Of a DNA stretch of 64,000 bases, positions 57,119-64,000 are shown piece by piece. Positions within the stretch are counted from its first letter, which is position 1. Every line of letters begins with the position of its first letter. Under the pieces are notes generated by a model that made no database searches, was not told where the DNA came from, and worked only from the letters and a program-made list of their open reading frames with translations. The translations under genes were made by a program, and so were the position numbers. The DNA comes from Plasmodiophora brassicae (lineage: Eukaryota), in contig CP145417.1 of NCBI GenBank assembly GCA_036867785.1, forward strand, positions 124,001 to 188,000, written 5' to 3'.

Positions 57119-59511
57119 ATGCCCGGGATCGCTTCGACGCTGGCGATGCTGGTGCACCTGCTGGCCGGCGCCTCGGTGTATGCCAATGATCCGACGACGC
57201 GCGCCTGCCCCGAGTGGTCGACGCTGGCCGGCCTCAACACGTTCCTGCAGTTGGCGGCGGAGGATCGCGTACAGTGGTGCGCTGAGACCATGTTGGTGAG
57301 AGCCGTCGAAGCCGGCCTACCCGACTTTGTCGACGCGATTACGCGCTGCGAGCGCGCCCGTGTAGGCGGCCCCGTCGTCATCCGAGCCACATGGTACGCA
57401 TACGCGCTTTGGCGTCGGCACGACGGCTCCAGTTTCGGTCATGTCCTTGAGGCTCTCGTCTCCATGGTTCAGTCGATCTATCGGATCACGTCCAGCGCCG
57501 CCATCCTGAGAGACATGGGGGCACATTACTCAGGGTTGGCCACGGCGGTGAACCTGGCCGACCGGGCCGCCATACTCGGAAACGCGCCCACCTTCTCCTA
57601 CGTCACCAATGGGGAACCTACCAGTCGCCCGCCTGAGCAGCAGAGCGAACCCATGTCTCTTGATCTTACCCTGCGCCCACCAGCTGGGCAACGCGCGCGG
57701 GGGCCAGAATCACGCTCTTCAACCAACGTCGGCGTGGACCCTCCTGTGCATGATCATAACCCGCCCCTGCACGACTTCCTCGGCCTCTCCATCGTGCCGC
57801 AGCAACCGACGTATCCACCTGGTTCCCAGGATGGCGGCCACGTGTCCATGTTCCCGCCCCGTCCCCCGTTTTACGACAGGCGACAGCAAACCCGACCGTC
57901 AACCACATCTCGCCGCGTCCCGAGACACGCACCGTATGATCACAGTCATTCGGCGCGACCAGGCGCATCAGCCTCGACAACCATCTCCTTCCACCCACAG
58001 ACGATATCGTACCATGGTGTGCGTCGTCGACAAGGCGACGATCGAGAAGCGGCTGCGCCACAATCAGGCAGACGTACGCGAAACCGTCCGACAAATGTAG
58101 AGCAAGGCCCGCCAACGACGTCATCCGCGTCGTCGACGTCACCTGCCGGGCTACAAAGGACCAGAGGCGACGGAGCAGGGCAAGCGTCTGCTAATCCGCT
58201 CCAGTTGGGCCTTGTTATTGATGCTCTCTTCCGCCGTTTAGTGGACGAGGCGGCAGCGTCCATCTGGAAGTACACGCTGCGGGACGGGACGCAGCAGGAA
58301 CAGGGGCAGCTGTTCCTGGACGCGGTCGCCGCCATGATCTACGTCAGGGACGCGCGTCTCCGCGGGCAAATGTTCGTCATGAGCGAGTCGTCCCGAGCAA
58401 TCGATAATGGCGGCCTGTCAGCGTCACTGATTCAGTTCGCTGCCACCGAGCTGGCACGGCGTCTCGCTCGCTCAGGTCAGCTGCTGTACAGCCAGGGCAT
58501 GGACCAGGCGTTCGCACCGAGGTCACCCACCGTCGACACTGAAGCCGAACGCAGGGATCTGATTCTGCTGGGTGCCCTGATTGGCATCGTGGACAACCAC
58601 AAGCGACGGGTTGTGGCAGGCACCAGGCTCCTGTTGCCGATCCCATTGCCTGTCGTGGCGTTCCGCGCGTTGCTCATGAGCGTGCCCATTAAGGCCACGG
58701 GAGCGGAAGCCAACGGCACCGCCCTGGCCGCCATCTACAGGCAGTACTGTGGTGACCGCAGCCCAGTCCAGTGCAAGCACGAAAAGGGGATCGACGTCGA
58801 GCTCGTGTTCGGGAGTGTACCTGGTGTCGACTACAGCAACGCGGACGAATATCTTCGCGGGCTGGTACGTGCCATTATGTGGATGCGTGGACAGACCATG
58901 AACGGGCCTGCATGCACGTACAGGTTGACTTGCTGCTCCAATCGCCAGCGTTCGATGCGGTTCGACAAGGATACCGCGCGGTGGCACGTCGCCCATCGCG
59001 AAGTAACGTGGATAGGGATCGTCAGGGGCATCTGGAGATGCATGCGTTGGTGATTGCGGATTCGGTTGTGACGTGTGGGAAGCTGCTGCCGTTCATATCG
59101 TTTAATGTGGAGCGACGCCTGCGTCGCAGTAACGCAACGGACGCCCGTATGGTCTGGAGTGCATACCACGCCATCAGGAGCCTGTCCGATGTCGAGTGTG
59201 CTGACTTTGTTGAAGCGTCAACGGGCGCCAGGTGCCTGCCGCTGACCATTGACGACCACTCGCGGATCAAGGTCGGTCTGTCAGTGCTCGTGTCGGCGTA
59301 CGCTGCAGGCCTAACATGTGCTGCTCCTATTGGTGCACAGGTGACCGTGCGCCGCTCGAATGGTATATCGTTCCATACCTGTTTCCGAACCGTGGAGGTA
59401 TCGAACGCGCTGATCTGCGCCGGGAGCTCTGCTCTTGCGTTGCACCTCAGGTACTCGATGAGAAGCCTTCTCGGCCGAGGAATCACCAGCGCTTCGTTCA
59501 ACGACGCATGA
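57119..59511 (+). CDS. Predicted secreted protein of unknown function; 3' exon uncertain (unspliced stop at 59053)
   Basis: Long ORF beginning MPGIASTLAMLVHLLAGASVYA (signal-peptide-like), with a low-complexity middle. Confidence 0.6.
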
Positions 59512-60421
59512 TGATGCCAGTTTCAGGGAAATATACACACACTGCGGTGAACCGCATTCATGGCGAGCTAGCGTTTCTGACACGAAGCGAACCTACTAAA
59601 TTTCAAAAGAGCAATGTGCGCTGGGACAGGCGGCAGGCCCGGCTGTTCGACAGGGCCCGTCAGCCCCCATGTTCGTTCCTGTTTCGATGCTCGCGGGGCG
59701 TAGCGTGTGCACGTCCTGTTGCGCTGGCGCCTGGCACACAGGGCCGGTCGATAACCAGGACAACCCAATATGGAATTGGATCGGAAGACATCGTACCGAA
59801 ATGAGAAGACCCGACGACATTGCCGAAACGCGCGCATGGAGCAACGCTGAAACGAGGTCACCGGGCAAATGTGTGAGGACGGTTGCATCGTGCCGCGGGA
59901 GTTGGTGCGGCTTCATATTGATCAGAACGTGTTCTTTGCATTCGGGGACCTGGCTGGCCCACACTATTAACGGTGGTTTGGGCACAAACGACCAGCGCCG
60001 CCAGTCATCAGCATCTGATCTTGCAGTCCTTAGACAGGTGGACCTGGTCGACCGCCCCTCCTTCTGAACCGCATTCCGCCGATTTGTCTGATGCTGACTC
60101 TGCTCACGCCGATTTCTATCCATCGGTACCAAATGCGCAACTGACCGACTGCCGACCACTCACAGGGAACCCATCGGGGTCAAATCGGGGTCAATTGGGC
60201 AACGCGGCCTCCAGAATGGTGGTCGGTCAACCTGTCATACAGTTATAGAGATCCCTTCATTCGGTCACACGTACGGTGTGTTTGGTGACTCTGCAGGAAT
60301 TGCTACCACTGTGGGTCAATTCGGGGCATTCTGCTCCAGACTGGCCACATTGCGATTTTCACAACATAAGTATCGTTTTCGGAAGTGCGTGAGTCGCGGC
60401 GTCATTGGTGTGCGTCTGTGA

Positions 60422-63400
60422 ATGAGTCGACCACGCAGTCTGGGATCGAGTAGCGACTCACCAGAGCATCCGGGCGGTGATGCTTCTCGGGACGTGAATA
60501 TCTTCTTTGAGCATGTGCGCGAATACCAGCGTCGTCGCGCAGCTGCCGATTCTGATCGCCAGCGGAACAACGTCGCCGCCGGCAACCGTTTTCTTGAGAT
60601 TGCTCGTCGAGCTCTGAGCGAACGGCGCAATCCTTCAGTCGACGTCATGCACAATCCGTTTCTCCGGCTCTTCGATGAGCACCGTCGGCGGCGCCAACGT
60701 CGACCGACGATGACTGTAACGAGGCATGGAGACAATGTTTCTGTGGAGCCGTTTGATATCCGCCCGGCGCTGTTGGAGAACAATGCCCGTTCCAATGTTC
60801 AGGAATTCAACGAGTGGCGCGAAACTAACTGCAAAGAGTACATGAATGAGCTCAGGCTTTCCGATTTCCTGGTGGCCGAAATCAGCAAGAAGCTGGAGGA
60901 ACTCGAGGCACCGAACATCGATCCGACAATTCTCGACAATTTCGATGAGGTGATGCGGTCAAAGGGATCGTACAACTCCCTCAATAATATGCTGAAGATT
61001 GCTTCCAACCGTGCTAAGGAGTCACGTATTCGTCGAAATGCACTGGTAATAACACACCGCTTTGTTCACGAATGTAAGTTCTCATGGTCATTTGGTAGAT
61101 TCGTGATATTTGTGAGGCCAAAGGGGTACCAAGTGACGACTTTACTGATGCTCTGGATGTGGACCTGAATGCTACAGCCGAATCTATCAGTGTGTTACGC
61201 AGACACCTTCTGGATATGGGGGTGACGTCACCCTTTATCAGGTACAAGGCCTGCTGCGGTGGTCATGTGTGGCCCGATGGCGCAGATGTGCCATCGTCAG
61301 AGGCCTGCTGTCGTCAGTCAGAGCCGTGTATCTACTTTTCGCGAATTTTGTTTCTGCAGTGTCTGTTCCGGTCGAACACGTTCTGCAAGATGCTCCACGA
61401 CGAACTCGACCGCCATCGAGAAATCGCATCGGCTCCTTTGAGAAGTACGTATATGCAAGACTGGACGGATGGAGACTTCTTTTATACGGTGTATTCGCCG
61501 TTTATGAAGTCTTGCCTCGAGAACGGCGAGTTCCCTCTCTCGTTGTCATCCATGATCGACGGGGCAGATCTTCTCAGCTGGGGATCTAAGTCAGTTGTTC
61601 CTCTTGTCCAAATTGTGATGGGGTTACCGGCTTCGGTTCGCTGCAATCAGGGCCTTATGTCCCCTGTGGCATTGATCCCAAACGTTGCTAAGGGTCATCG
61701 ACGTGCAGTGCAGAGACTGGACGCTTTTGAGCTGAATTTGATGAACTACTATGGATTCCCAGTGTTCGACGCAGTCGAGAAGAGAGTCAAGCATGTTCGA
61801 TGCATCTCGGCAGTGATGGTATGTTGTCCACATATAACAGTTTGTATGCTGCAATACCCGTATTAACCGCCTCCATCAGCCAATGGATTATATCGAGCTC
61901 TGTCACACGAGCTGTACTAGCCAGAACGGCAAGCAGGATGCTTGCAATAAATGCAGCATCAGAGGCCGTTCAGCAAACCGATCTGTCAAGTACCATGGGG
62001 CATTTATGTTCGCGTCATCGGATGTCCAACGCCATGTCAGTATACTGGTAGCGTTGCTAAGTACGGGTTGATCACTGAAGATTTATGCTTGCTGATATAG
62101 TTCTGTAAAAAATATGAAGACATGCTGGAGTATCTCGACGCATTGCCTTCCGATAAAAGGCCGAGCGACGTGCGTTCACTTGATCAGCTACGTGATGATG
62201 TGCGCTGCAAAGACGACGACGAAGTTCGGCGTCGCATGACGTCGAGGAACGTCGGTGACCGTGGTGGATACCGTCACCCGGGTTATGACGTCTACTCCGT
62301 TGGCCTTCTGTGCAGTTTTGGACACGCGTCCAATTACGTGCACGATCCTATGCACGCCATCTGCATGCGTGCTGTTCGCCCGCTTTTTCAAGCGATCGAC
62401 TTCTACGGATCGGGTTCATCATATTACAATCCTGAGGTAAGCGGGCCTGCTCGACTGCACGGCCAACTGTAACACCGTTTGCACAGACTGAGAAACTGTT
62501 CGGTCGTGGAGACTGTCCCAGTCCTGTGTGGGCTTGGCCCAATAACACTGCCTATCCCGCTAAAGTGAAGGCTGGTGTAAAATGGTCCTCCCTGGCTGTT
62601 GAAATCGATCATGTTTTGGAGAACCTTACGTGGGTATCGCGAACCGGTGGTTCAACGAAACCAAGGAACCCTTTGGTGAGTTCCTGGTGGAAAGCAGCTG
62701 ACTCCCTTGTTTGGCTCGGCGACGTTGGCATTGGGATCTGGTGGTCTGTTGTTTCGCGGGTGCTGGTTCGAACCCGTCCAGACTCTCCCATTGCTTCGTT
62801 CTGGATAGCGATGTTTCGTTTTCTCGATGCGCTGTCATCAATGCTTTCGAAGGCTTTTGTTAGAAGCAACCTAGATCGTGTGTTTTCTAACTTTCTCGAC
62901 GCTCTGGCGCATCTAGAATCTGTCATGCCCTGCGGGCTGATGACCATATCGGTACGTTTCACAAACGGCTTCACGGCTTCACCGATTTCATACTGTTCTG
63001 ATGTTTTCGTGTCAGATGCATTCTCTTGTTCATTTGCCGGAAATAATCAAGCGATGGGGTCCGCTGGTCGGTCTTATTTGGGTCTGGCCAATGGAGCGAT
63101 GGCTGCACTTCATGAAAGACGTTCTACAAGCGACCGTCTCTGAAACGGTCAACATCGCGTCCTACATGCAGCTGATCTGTGCTGCTACGTTCCTGCGCAG
63201 CGACTTCTACAGACAATATTCGCTGAGGAATGACTGCCCCTTGATGTTTGGTAATGCCACAGGCATGGATGAAATTCCTACCGCGCATCTGTCGACCCTA
63301 CCCATCGATCTGCGCCCTCCGCTGTCGTCTGTAGAACTTAACGATACGATGCGGTGTTGGTTGCATGTTCATCTGTATTCAAATACGCACTGGGCCTCTA

Positions 63401-64000
63401 CCAAGAATCATTCTTGGAGGGTCCGGTATCGGCGTTTGGTGGCGCTTTATGCGCAGGCGTCTGGGAATCCAAGAGGTCTGAATTCATTCTCTGGCATGTT
63501 TCGTCATCTTGGAAGCTTCGATCTGTTCTGCTCGTTGCACAAATCGTCGTTCGGATCAGTCTGCCTTCCAAAGTCTGTTCAATCCAGCTCTCGTGCTGAC
63601 ATCGGTACTGAGCTTGCCATTTTGGTTCACGACAATTGGTTTGAAATCATTTCAGGTAGATGTATGTTTCGGAAGCAGGACGTTGACGAGTCGTACAAGA
63701 CATGCAACTCGAAGTTTGTTGTCGAATTCGAAGAGGCTGGCCTCTACATGGGTGACATAAGCAACCTCGTCAAGCTCGATCTAGGCTGGTCGCATCGGTT
63801 GGCACATGAGGCGGATTCGATTTGCTTAATTCTGGTTGGCCGATGGTACAAACTTCACGCCTGCGACAAGCCGTACGATCGAGTTCTTCCCAGATTTTAT
63901 CCCAACCGTATTTATCAGCAGTTCTTCTCTTGGTTTTGTAACTGACTTGTCATTGTGTAGGAAATGGGTGGTATAACCCTGGAAGCGCAGATACGATGTG
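60422..64000 (+). mobile_element. CACTA/EnSpm (CMC) transposase gene, intron-containing, runs off the right edge
   Basis: QDWTDG, LSSMIDG, GLPASVR, GFPVFDA, HDPMH and HSLVHLPEIIKRWGP..WVWPMERWL match Transposase_21/DUF4218-type motifs. Confidence 0.85.

Overview
GC-rich eukaryotic DNA with short (~55 nt) GT-AG introns and a flagellar gene. A plasmodiophorid such as Plasmodiophora brassicae would fit, but that is inference only. Bases 1-51.8 kb are a decaying tandem segmental-duplication array. The ancestral block reads MAPK-like 5' end, CFAP141-like, MYG1, Trx-Grx-Grx glutaredoxin, ankyrin-TRP channel, a tRNA-headed SINE, and an intronless 774-aa REase-like + kinase gene. The REase-kinase is present in four copies (three intact), while most duplicated neighbours are pseudogenised. 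Two young chromodomain-bearing Ty3/gypsy families sit in the array. Family A has 87-bp LTRs, an 11-nt PBS complementary to its own LTR (Tf1-type self-priming) and a -1 frameshift pseudoknot. Family B has 165-bp LTRs, a single ORF and a WIDD RT motif. A split 15-bp SINE target-site duplication brackets ~22.8 kb, which suggests the kinase cargo entered through SINE-mediated recombination. The right end holds a ~465-bp fold-back inverted repeat, PLRG1/PRP46, a secreted protein with EAR-like motifs and a CACTA/EnSpm transposase. All alignments and identities were judged by eye.
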